Of a stretch of 64,000 nucleotides of DNA, positions 35,998-44,134 are shown piece by piece. Both the position numbers and the translations under genes were made by a program. The stretch spans positions 96,001 to 160,000 of the forward strand of contig JAWLBL010000007.1 of assembly GCA_041687695.1 (NCBI GenBank). Direction: 5' to 3'. The notes under the pieces are model-generated. The model made no database searches. It was given only the letters and a program-made list of their open reading frames with translations, and was not told the DNA's origin. Every line of letters begins with the position of its first letter. Positions within the stretch are counted from its first letter, which is position 1. The DNA comes from Myxococcota bacterium. Lineage in GTDB: Bacteria; Myxococcota_A; UBA9042; PHBI01; JAWLBL01.

Positions 35998-36467
35998 CCT
36001 GCTCACGGCGCCAGTTCCTGTCCCGCAGCGTCCTCGGCGCCGGGGTCCTCGCCTGCGGGGCGGGCCTCGTCGGGTGCGACACGCCAGCCTCCCCGCGTGG
36101 GCTCATCCCGGCGGGCCCCCTGGCCGAGCTGCCCGAGGGCACGCTGCGCCGCGTCCCGCCACAGGCGGTCGCCATCGGCCGCGACGCGGACGGCGTGTAC
36201 GCGATGACGCTCATCTGCACCCACGTCGGCTGCGACATGGGCGTCGACGGGTCGGTGTCCTTCGACGGCGTCGTCTGCGACTGCCACGGCAGCCGCTTCG
36301 ACGCCAACGGCGCCGTGACGCGCGGGCCTGCGAACGATCCGCTCGAGCACTTCGCCGTGCTCGTCGACGAGGCGGGCGAGCTGACCATCGACGCGGACGC
36401 GGTCGTTGCAGCCGCGACGAGGCTAGCCTGCATTTCTCACCAGATCCGTAGCGAGCCCGAGGGATAG
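35994..36467 (+). CDS. Rieske [2Fe-2S] protein with Tat (lipo)signal
   Basis: GTGA overlap; SRRQFL twin-arginine; LVG-C; CTHVGC and CDCHGSRFD boxes. Confidence 0.9.
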   Translation: MTCSRRQFLSRSVLGAGVLACGAGLVGCDTPASPRGLIPAGPLAELPEGTLRRVPPQAVAIGRDADGVYAMTLICTHVGCDMGVDGSVSFDGVVCDCHGSRFDANGAVTRGPANDPLEHFAVLVDEAGELTIDADAVVAAATRLACISHQIRSEPEG

Positions 36468-36603
36468 TGCCGCAGATCCGCGGTGCTCGGAGTGGAGGCC
36501 GGTGAAGGCGTACTTGACAGTACGTCGAGCCGGCCGGAGCGAGAACGCCGCGGAGGTGCGGTGCTAGCCCCGGGCGCAGTAGGAGCTGGTGAGAAATGCA
36601 GGC
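36426..36603. mobile_element. 178-bp MITE-like palindromic element with 18-bp perfect terminal inverted repeats and TA target duplication
   Basis: GCCTGCATTTCTCACCAG (36426-36443) and CTGGTGAGAAATGCAGGC (36586-36603); TA at 36424-25 and 36604-05; central GGCGTACT-TGAC-AGTACGTC hairpin. Confidence 0.85.
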
Positions 36604-36685
36604 TACAGGTCGATTGACCTCGCTCGAGCGCTGGAAGCGCGGCGGCCCGGGCTTACCCTCGGCCCATCACAGCCCGAGGCCCCCC

Positions 36686-37030
36686 ATGCGCTTGCGACCG
36701 CGCCTGCCGAGCCATCACGAGATCCGTCACCGCGTCCCGCGCTGGGCCCGCCTCCCGCTTGGGCTGGCCCTGATGACCGGGGGCGTCTTCGGTTTCCTGC
36801 CCATCCTGGGTTTCTGGATGCTGCCGCTGGGCATCGTCGTGCTGCTGGTCGACGTGCCCTGGGTGCAGCGGCGCTGGGAGCGGTTCCGAGCCTGGGTGCA
36901 CGGCAAGCTGCATCACGACGACGCGCGGACCGGCGCCGCCGCGTCGGCCCGCCCCGACGAGGTCCTCCACGACGCCGCGCCGCGAGAGGCCGCGGACGTC
37001 AAGGAGGCCGACGCTGCTCGACGGCACTGA
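36686..37030 (+). CDS. Small hypothetical membrane protein (PGPGW-like)
   Basis: GAGG RBS; RLPLGLALMTGGVFGFLPILGFWMLPLGIVVL hydrophobic hairpin. Confidence 0.7.
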   Translation: MRLRPRLPSHHEIRHRVPRWARLPLGLALMTGGVFGFLPILGFWMLPLGIVVLLVDVPWVQRRWERFRAWVHGKLHHDDARTGAAASARPDEVLHDAAPREAADVKEADAARRH

Positions 37031-37033
37031 GCG

Positions 37034-38080
37034 CTAGGAGGACCAGGCCCACGTGTTCAGGTGCGCCTCACCGCCCGCGCCCGAACGCGCGAGGCGGGCG
37101 ACGCCATAGGCCGCGGCGCCGAGGCCGGCGACCAGCAGGCTCGCCTTGATCGGGTGCAGGCGGGCCCAGGTGTAGGCGCTCCACTCCGAGGTGTGGGCGT
37201 GCAGCCCCGCGCGCTCGCGCCCGTCGGTGGCGGGTCGGTAGAGGTTGTCGGCGCGCGTGTTGGGGCGGTCCGACTCCTGGCCGGACAGCAGGGTGCGCGC
37301 CATCAGGCGGTCGCCCAGCCCGGGGGCGAGCTTGCCGATGAGCGAGAACCCGCGCGCGCCCGCGCCGGCGACCACGTCCCGCATGGGGTGCTGCGCGGCG
37401 CGCAGGACGGCGCGGGCGACCACCTCGGGCGCGTAGACGGGAGGCACGTTCCTGGGCGCGTGGTCGAGGTAGCTGCGCGCGTGCTCCTCGTACATGGTGT
37501 CGATGGCGGCCGGCTTGATGAGCGTGACGCTCACCGGGGCCCCCTCGGCCATCAGCTCCATCCGCAGCGCGTCGGTGAAGGCCTTCACCGCGTGCTTGGT
37601 GGCGCTGTAGGGCCCCTGCAGCGGGATGGCGCGGTCCGACAGCGTGCTGCCGATGTTGACGATGGTGCCGCCGCGGCGGCGCAGGTGGTCAATGGCCGCC
37701 AAGGATCCGTAGACCACGCCCCAGTAGTTGGTCTCGAACAGGCGCCGCTGATCCTCGACGGGCACGTCCTCGATGCGGCCGTAGATCGCGGCGCCGGCGT
37801 TGTTGACCCAGGTGTCGAAGCCGCCGAAGGCCCGGATGGCCGTCTCGGCGATCTCCTCGACCTCGTACTCGCGGCCCACGTCCGCCACGACGTGAACGGC
37901 CTCGCCGCCCTCGCTCCGGATCTGCTGGACCGCCTCGAGCAGGGCGGCCTCGTTGCGCGCGGCCATGACCACGCGGGCCCCCGCCGCCGCCGCCATGCGC
38001 GCCGTGCACAGCCCGATGCCGCTCGAGGCGCCGGTGATGACGATGACCTGCTCTCCGATGGGCTTGAGTCGCGTAGCCAT
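37034..38080 (-). CDS. SDR family oxidoreductase
   Basis: TGASSGIG, NNAG, YSATK. Confidence 0.92.
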   Translation of the reverse strand: MATRLKPIGEQVIVITGASSGIGLCTARMAAAAGARVVMAARNEAALLEAVQQIRSEGGEAVHVVADVGREYEVEEIAETAIRAFGGFDTWVNNAGAAIYGRIEDVPVEDQRRLFETNYWGVVYGSLAAIDHLRRRGGTIVNIGSTLSDRAIPLQGPYSATKHAVKAFTDALRMELMAEGAPVSVTLIKPAAIDTMYEEHARSYLDHAPRNVPPVYAPEVVARAVLRAAQHPMRDVVAGAGARGFSLIGKLAPGLGDRLMARTLLSGQESDRPNTRADNLYRPATDGRERAGLHAHTSEWSAYTWARLHPIKASLLVAGLGAAAYGVARLARSGAGGEAHLNTWAWSS

Positions 38081-38301
38081 GGGCCTCCCCTCGCGTGTCG
38101 TTGCCCTGGCTGTGGCCTTAGGCGCGTGCCTCCGCACGTCAAGCCGGCGCCCGCGCGCCCCGCGGCCCTCCGCGGCGCCCGGCCCTGGCCGCCGTCACCC
38201 GAGCGGCTGGTCTGCGGCGACGGCGCGCCTAACCCTTGAACCTGACGAGCGGCCCCTGCCCGGACGCGTTCGGGCGGGCGCCGCGGACCGAGGAGGCGGA
38301 G

Positions 38302-38589
38302 ATGCCAGCGACCTGGGACCGGCTGGACGAAGCGACGGAGACCGTGCGTGGGATGCTCGAGGAGCTGGGGCTCGACGCCTACCTCTTCGAGGTCCACGTG
38401 CGCGAGGGCCGCTGGGAGGTGCGCGTCGAGTGCGGCGCCCCGGACGGGCCCTGGCAGATGACGACGCTCGAGATCGACGGGGACGCCCTGACGCCGCCCG
38501 ACGCCCGCGGGCCCCGCGAGCGGGACCGCCTGCTGGACGAGTGGCGCGGCCGCCTGGACCTGTGCGCCGCCCCGCGCGGCGAGGCCTGA
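38302..38589 (+). CDS. Hypothetical protein
   Basis: AGGAGG RBS; natural composition (LEELGLDAYLFEV...WEVRVEC). Confidence 0.7.
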   Translation: MPATWDRLDEATETVRGMLEELGLDAYLFEVHVREGRWEVRVECGAPDGPWQMTTLEIDGDALTPPDARGPRERDRLLDEWRGRLDLCAAPRGEA

Positions 38590-38592
38590 GGC

Positions 38593-39543
38593 TCAGCGCG
38601 GCGGGGGCGAGGCCGGGGGAGGCGCCAGCGACGCTGGCTCGACGTGGCACAGCACGTCCGCGTCGGCCAGGGCGTCGACGATGGCCGCCTCGACGCGATC
38701 GGCCAGGGCGTGCGCCTGCCGGACGGGGGTGGCGTCGGGCACGAAGATGGTCAGGTCGACGTGGTGTTGCCAGCCCTGGTGCCGCGCTCGGACGCGCGCC
38801 CACCCGACCAGCAGCGGCTCGTCGAGGGCCTCGAGGGCCGCCCGGATGCGGCCGAGGTCGGCGACGTCGGCCTCGTCCATCAGGCCGCCGACCGACTCGC
38901 GGAGCAGGCGCACGGCCGTCAGGCCGATGTTGCCGGCGGCCACCAGGGCCAGCGCGGGGTCCCACCACGTCGCGCCGGTCACCAGCACCAGCCCCAGGGC
39001 GAGCAGCGACGCGACCGACGTGACGACGTCCGTCATCAGGTGCTTGCCGTCGGCGACCAGGGTGGCCGAGTCGTGGCGGCGTCCCGTGCGGATGAGCCAC
39101 AGCCCCAGCACCCCGTTGACCGTCGCGGCGGCCGCCACGAGGACCAGGCCGGCGCCCAGGCGCTGCAGCTCGGCGCCCCGGACGAGGCCCTCGACCGCCT
39201 CGACGACGATCCACAGGGCCGCGACCAGGATGAGGGCGCCCTCGAAGCCGGCGGCGATGAACTCGATCTTGCCGTGCCCGTAGGGGTGGCCGCGATCGGC
39301 GGGGCGGTGGGCCAGCCGCACGGCGAAGAGGCCGAAGCCGGCGGCGACGACGTTGACGATGGTCTCGAGCGCGTCGGAGAGCACGGCCGTCGACCCGGTC
39401 AGGCGCCAGGCGATGAGCTTGACGACGAGCAGCGTGACGCCGACCGCCAGCGAGAGGGTGGCGGCGCGGCGGGTGGCGCGGGCGCGTTCGGCGCGGCGGG
39501 CTTCGCGCGGGGCGGCCTCGCCTCGGGTGGGGTCGGTCGACAT
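38593..39543 (-). CDS. Cation diffusion facilitator family transporter
   Basis: GSTAVLSDALE, PADRGHPYGHGKIE, ADGKHLMTD, LMDE, HVEP. Confidence 0.92.
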   Translation of the reverse strand: MSTDPTRGEAAPREARRAERARATRRAATLSLAVGVTLLVVKLIAWRLTGSTAVLSDALETIVNVVAAGFGLFAVRLAHRPADRGHPYGHGKIEFIAAGFEGALILVAALWIVVEAVEGLVRGAELQRLGAGLVLVAAAATVNGVLGLWLIRTGRRHDSATLVADGKHLMTDVVTSVASLLALGLVLVTGATWWDPALALVAAGNIGLTAVRLLRESVGGLMDEADVADLGRIRAALEALDEPLLVGWARVRARHQGWQHHVDLTIFVPDATPVRQAHALADRVEAAIVDALADADVLCHVEPASLAPPPASPPPR

Positions 39544-39610
39544 CGGGGCCGATTGTGCGTGGCGCGCGGCGCGGCGCAACCAGGAAGCGGCGGGGGAGGG
39601 CAGGGGCGGC

Positions 39611-39741
39611 GGCCGAGGCCGTGACCGGAGCCGTGTCCGTGGCCGGGGCGGTGGCGGTGTCCGTGGCCGTGGCGGTGACGGTGGCCGTGGCGAGGCCGTG
39701 GCCGTGGCCGTGTCGGTGACGGTGGCGGTGGCGGTGGCGGT
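39611..39741. repeat. Degenerate hexamer tandem repeat (about 22 units, GGCCGT/GGCGGT/GACGGT/GTCCGT)
   Basis: Read directly: 13 hexamers, one 5-nt unit, then 8 hexamers; intergenic between divergent genes. Confidence 0.85.
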
Positions 39742-39799
39742 ACCCGGGGGGCGAGGCATTGGGTATGCTCGCGGCCGAACCGGACGGGGCAGGTGGGAC

Positions 39800-41830
39800 A
39801 TGCGCAAGGCCTTGGGGTGGGCGGTCGTCGTGTGGGGCATGGCCGCGTGCGGCGGCGACGGCGAGGTGGCGGCCGACGCGCTGGACGCCAGCGTCGAGAT
39901 CGCCGACGGCGACGAGGCCGACGGCGCCGCCGACGAGGACGTCGCGACCGACCCCGGCGATGGCCAGGGGGACGCTCCGGACGTCGCGGCGCCGACCTGT
40001 CCGCCCGCGGGCGCCCCGGCGCCGCGGCCCGAGCCCGATCCGAGCCGGTCGCGCTTCGCGATGAGCCTGTTCCACTACAACATCGAGTACGTCCCCGGCG
40101 GGCTCGAGGGCGTGGACGAGGCGGGCGAGCCCATCTACGTGGCCGACCTCGAGGCCGTCCACGGCTGGGACAACGACGCGGTCGAGGACTGGATCGTCCG
40201 CGAGACCCTGGAGCCCATCCTGGACATCTACCTGCGCCACCCGACCTGGGGCGTGAACCTGGAGATGCAGGGCTACATGGTCGAGGTGATGGCGGCGCGC
40301 CATCCGGACGTGCTGGACAAGCTGCGGGAGCTGGCGTGGGCGGGGCAGGCCGAGCTCATCAGCTTCCACTACGCGGCGCAGCTGTTCTTGGCCTACCCGG
40401 CCGAGGACCTCGCCCGGTCCATCGCCCGGACGCGCGAGGTCTTCGAGGAGCACTGCCTGCCGCTGTCCGACGTGGTCTTCAACCAGGAGGGGCAGGCCGG
40501 CGAGGGGCGCCAGCGCATGGCGGTCGAGCAGGGCTACGAGGTCGGCGTCTACCCGAAGAACCTGTTCCTGTATCAGTACCAGTCGGCGCAGTGGTGGCCC
40601 TGGTACGAGAGCGAGGGCGGGACGTTGATCGTCGGCCCGGGCGGCGTGGACCCCGCCAGCGGCGTCGAGGTCGCCTGGGACTTCTTCGACGACGGCGAGC
40701 TGCGGGCCGTGCTGGACGGGGTCAACCCCTACCTGGCCTTCCTGGGCGGCGCCGACGAGGCGCGCGTGGCCGAGTTCGAGGCCAAGCTGGCCGCGCGGGA
40801 GGCGGCCGGGTTCGCGATGGCGACCATCGGCGACTACGTGCGGCACCTCGAGGCCAAGGGCGTCGAGAAGAAGCCGGCGCCGCCGCTGCTGGACGGGACG
40901 TGGCAGGCCAAGAGCACCGACTCGATCCACCGCTGGTTGGGCGGGGCGAGCGACGTGTGGCACCCGGCCGAGGAGGACAACCGGGTGCGGACGGGCAACG
41001 CCGTCGCTCGGATGCACGTGGCGGCGACCCAGGTGCTGGTCGAGCACGCGGCCGCCGAGGGCGTGGACGTCACCGCGGCCGAGGCCGAGCTGGCGGCGCT
41101 GTGGAAGGACGTCTTCCACGCCGAGGTCAGCGACGCGAGCGGCGTCAACCCGTGGCGCGGCGAGGTCCTGTGGAGCCTGCGCCTCAACGATTCGCTGATG
41201 GAGCGCTCTGCGGCGCTGCGGGCGACGCTGCTCTCGGCGCTGGGCACGCCGCACGCCCTGGTCGACCTCGCGGCGCGCGCCGTGACCCCGCTCGAGGATC
41301 TGCCGATGCCCGAGCCGCTCGAGGAGACGACGGCGCCGCTGGAGGTGGCCGTGACGGCGCCCGGCCGTAGCCTCGACATGACCTGGCTGGGGGTCGGCGA
41401 GGGGCGCCATCGCCTGCAGATCGCCATCGGCGCCGCCGGCTCGGGCGAACCCTGCGAGGGCTGCGATCCGCGCCTTCTGCGCGTCGACTTCCCGCGGACC
41501 GAGGACGTCATCGCCTACAGCCCCGGCCTCATCGAGGACGAGGTCCGCTCCTACGACCTGGGCGCCTTCGATCTGCAGCGGGGCGAGGTCTACCTGCCGC
41601 TCGCCAACGGCCTCATCGGCCTGGGTGACGGCTGGTGGGCCATCAAGCACGTCCGGCACGTGCACGTCGCCGCCCGGGTCGCGCCGGCCGACGCGACCAT
41701 CGGCTTCATCGACGAGACCCAGGCCCTGGGGGACGGCGCCTTCTGGGTGTTCGAGGTGGTCCAGGGCGACGCCGCCGAGGCGCTGGCCATCGCGAACCGC
41801 CTGAACCTGACGCCGGTGGTCACCTACTGA
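39800..41830 (+). CDS. Lipoprotein with glycoside hydrolase family 57-like domain
   Basis: Lipobox MAA-C; FHYN, LEPILDIYLRHP, HPDVLDKLRELAWAGQAEL, FNQE, GTW and AEVSD resemble GH57 conserved regions. Confidence 0.6.
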   Translation: MRKALGWAVVVWGMAACGGDGEVAADALDASVEIADGDEADGAADEDVATDPGDGQGDAPDVAAPTCPPAGAPAPRPEPDPSRSRFAMSLFHYNIEYVPGGLEGVDEAGEPIYVADLEAVHGWDNDAVEDWIVRETLEPILDIYLRHPTWGVNLEMQGYMVEVMAARHPDVLDKLRELAWAGQAELISFHYAAQLFLAYPAEDLARSIARTREVFEEHCLPLSDVVFNQEGQAGEGRQRMAVEQGYEVGVYPKNLFLYQYQSAQWWPWYESEGGTLIVGPGGVDPASGVEVAWDFFDDGELRAVLDGVNPYLAFLGGADEARVAEFEAKLAAREAAGFAMATIGDYVRHLEAKGVEKKPAPPLLDGTWQAKSTDSIHRWLGGASDVWHPAEEDNRVRTGNAVARMHVAATQVLVEHAAAEGVDVTAAEAELAALWKDVFHAEVSDASGVNPWRGEVLWSLRLNDSLMERSAALRATLLSALGTPHALVDLAARAVTPLEDLPMPEPLEETTAPLEVAVTAPGRSLDMTWLGVGEGRHRLQIAIGAAGSGEPCEGCDPRLLRVDFPRTEDVIAYSPGLIEDEVRSYDLGAFDLQRGEVYLPLANGLIGLGDGWWAIKHVRHVHVAARVAPADATIGFIDETQALGDGAFWVFEVVQGDAAEALAIANRLNLTPVVTY

Positions 41831-42153
41831 GCGTCGCCCTCGGTGGTCGCGGGCGGGCAGGGGCCGGCGTCGCCGCCGTCGTCGCAGCCCTCGACGTCGG
41901 GGCCGACGTCGGCCTCTCCACCGTCGCCCCCGTCGTCGCCCGCGAGCCCGTCTCCCGGGACCGCGGCGTCGCCCAGGGTGACGGCGTCGTCGTCCTCGGT
42001 GATCTCGGTGCCGGCGATGGTCCACTCGTCGCCCTGGTGCGCGTCGACGATGTCGACGTATTCGCCCGGATGCGGCGTGGGGTTGGCCGTGCCGCACGCC
42101 GCGCCGAGGGCGAGCGCCAGGGCCGTCAGCAACATTCGGCGCGCGATGACCAT
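41824..42153 (-). CDS. Small acidic lipoprotein
   Basis: GAGG RBS; lipobox LGAA-C; D/E/G-rich body. Confidence 0.6.
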   Translation of the reverse strand: MVIARRMLLTALALALGAACGTANPTPHPGEYVDIVDAHQGDEWTIAGTEITEDDDAVTLGDAAVPGDGLAGDDGGDGGEADVGPDVEGCDDGGDAGPCPPATTEGDAQ

Positions 42154-42294
42154 CGATGCCTCCCCGCCCCACCTCGGGGCCGGCGCGGGAGCATAGCCGC
42201 CGCGCCGGCGCGATCCAATGGCCATCGCGGCGACGGTTGCGACCTGGAGCGAGGCTTGGCATCTTCGACGCCGAACCGACCGTGGAGGCCGAAG

Positions 42295-42864
42295 ATGCCG
42301 AAGACCCCGCGAGAGATGCACGAGGCCGTCATCGCCAACCTGGAGCCCAAGACCGGGCGGGACCTGGCCGGCTGGCTGGCGCTGCTGCGGGAGCAGGGGC
42401 CCACCGGGAAGGCGCGCGTCGCCTGGCTGAAGGCCGAGCACGGGCTGGGCCACGGGCAGGCGACCACCATCGTGCGCGAGGCCGACGGCGGGCCCGACTT
42501 CATGAAGGGCCCCGACGCGCTGCTGGCGGCCCAGTACGCGGACGACAAGGCCGCGCTGCGCCCCATCTACGAGGCCGTCGTGGCGGCCGCGACGGGCTTC
42601 GGCGACGACGTGCGGGTCGAGCCGTGCTCGGGCTACGTGTCGCTCTTGCGCAAGCGCCAGTTCGCGATGATCAAGGCGTCGACCAACAGCCGCGTGGACG
42701 TGGGCCTGGCGCTCTCGGACGCCCCGCTCCAGGGCCGCCTCGCCCCGGCGAAGTCCCTGGGCGGTTCGGACCGGATCACGCACCGCCTGCCGCTGGCCGG
42801 GATCGACGAGGTCGACGCCGAGGCCGTCGCCGCCCTGCGCGCCGCCTACGATCGGGACGTCTGA
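42295..42864 (+). CDS. DUF4287/DUF5655 domain protein
   Basis: NLEPKTGR...WLKAEHGLGHGQA; YVSLLRKRQFA; ITHR; LRAAY. Confidence 0.8.
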   Translation: MPKTPREMHEAVIANLEPKTGRDLAGWLALLREQGPTGKARVAWLKAEHGLGHGQATTIVREADGGPDFMKGPDALLAAQYADDKAALRPIYEAVVAAATGFGDDVRVEPCSGYVSLLRKRQFAMIKASTNSRVDVGLALSDAPLQGRLAPAKSLGGSDRITHRLPLAGIDEVDAEAVAALRAAYDRDV

Positions 42865-42950
42865 CCGCGAGACGACGAACGCCGGCCGCCCCGGCCCGGT
42901 GAGGGCGGCGCGCCGGCGTCCGAGGAGCGTGGACCCGCGGGCCTGGGGGC

Positions 42951-43415
42951 CTACTGCTTGTCGGCCTCGTAGGGGAACCAGATGTTGCGGAACCCGATGT
43001 CCTGCATCAGGGCGACCACGTCGATCATCGACTGGTAGCTGGTCTCCTGCTCGCCGCGGATCGAGATCGAGGCGTCGGGGCGCGTCTTGAAGAGCTCGCG
43101 CAGGCGCTTGTCGAGCTCCTCGGTGCTCACCTTCTCGGCGGCGACCTGGGCGGCCGCCTCGGGCGCCGCGTCCGCGGGCACGACGAGCAGGTGGAGCGAG
43201 CCGTCCTTGGTGATGAAGACGGTGGTCTTGTCGGTCGTGACCTCGACGTGCTGGGTGCTCGAGGTCGGCAGATCGATGCGGAACGCGTACTCGTCCTTCC
43301 GGAAGGTCGTCGTGACCAGCAGGAAGATGAGCAGCAGGAACACGACGTCGATGAGCGCCGTGATGTCGATCGCCGCGGCCGCGCGGCCGCGACCGCCGCG
43401 TGCGCCGAAGTTCAT
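42951..43415 (-). CDS. exbD: Biopolymer transporter ExbD/TolR
   Basis: ATGA overlap; IDITALIDVVFLLLIF with the conserved Asp; IDLP. Confidence 0.9.
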   Translation of the reverse strand: MNFGARGGRGRAAAAIDITALIDVVFLLLIFLLVTTTFRKDEYAFRIDLPTSSTQHVEVTTDKTTVFITKDGSLHLLVVPADAAPEAAAQVAAEKVSTEELDKRLRELFKTRPDASISIRGEQETSYQSMIDVVALMQDIGFRNIWFPYEADKQ

Positions 43416-44116
43416 GCCGGCTCCTCGATGCCCGCGGCCTTCTGGGCCACGTCCGCCGACGCCTTGGCGACCGCGTCGGCGCCCGGGACAGCCTGCAGGC
43501 GCGCCATCTCGGGGCTGACCATGTGATCGAGCAGCTCGAGGCTGGCGTCCTCGAGCTCGCGCCGGTAGCGGTCGATGCGGCCCTCGAGGTAGCGGTAGGC
43601 CACGAACAGCGGGATGGCGATGGTCAGGCCGGCGCCGGTGGTGATGAGGGCCTGCCAGATGCCGCCGGCGAGGACCGCGATGTCCGGGTTCTCGGTGCCG
43701 GCGACGTCCCGGAAGACCTGGATCATGCCGGTGACCGTGCCGAGCAGGCCCAGCAGCGGCGAGATGGCGGCCACCGTCGAGACGGCGCCGACGCCGGACT
43801 CGAGCGTGCCGACCTCGACCTGGCCGGTCTCCTCCATCGCCTCCTTGATGAGCGCGCGGCCGCCGGCGCGGTGCCGCAGGCCCGACTCGGCGATGCGGGC
43901 GATCATCGAGTTGCTCTCGCGGCAGACCTGCTCGGCGCGGGTGGGGTCGTGCGCGTCGAGGTGCCGCAGGAGGGTGGCGTAGGTGGTCTGGGGCAGGATG
44001 CGGCTGCGGCGCAGGGCCAGCAGGCGCTCGACGAAGACGGCCGCGCCCACCAGGGACCCGGCCAGGATGGCCCACATGAGCGGGCCGCCGCGCTCGAACA
44101 GTTCGATGAGGTCCAT
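43412..44116 (-). CDS. exbB: MotA/TolQ/ExbB proton channel protein
   Basis: GGPLMW, SPLLGLLGTVTGMI, GIWQALITTGAGL. Confidence 0.92.
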   Translation of the reverse strand: MDLIELFERGGPLMWAILAGSLVGAAVFVERLLALRRSRILPQTTYATLLRHLDAHDPTRAEQVCRESNSMIARIAESGLRHRAGGRALIKEAMEETGQVEVGTLESGVGAVSTVAAISPLLGLLGTVTGMIQVFRDVAGTENPDIAVLAGGIWQALITTGAGLTIAIPLFVAYRYLEGRIDRYRRELEDASLELLDHMVSPEMARLQAVPGADAVAKASADVAQKAAGIEEPA

Positions 44117-44134
44117 AGCTCTCGCTTGTTATGG

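Noticed and set aside
39611..39741. Repeat tract as CRISPR array or His-Arg/Thr-Ala peptide gene
   Set aside because: No repeat-spacer structure or cas genes; the phase slip and lack of an RBS argue against coding
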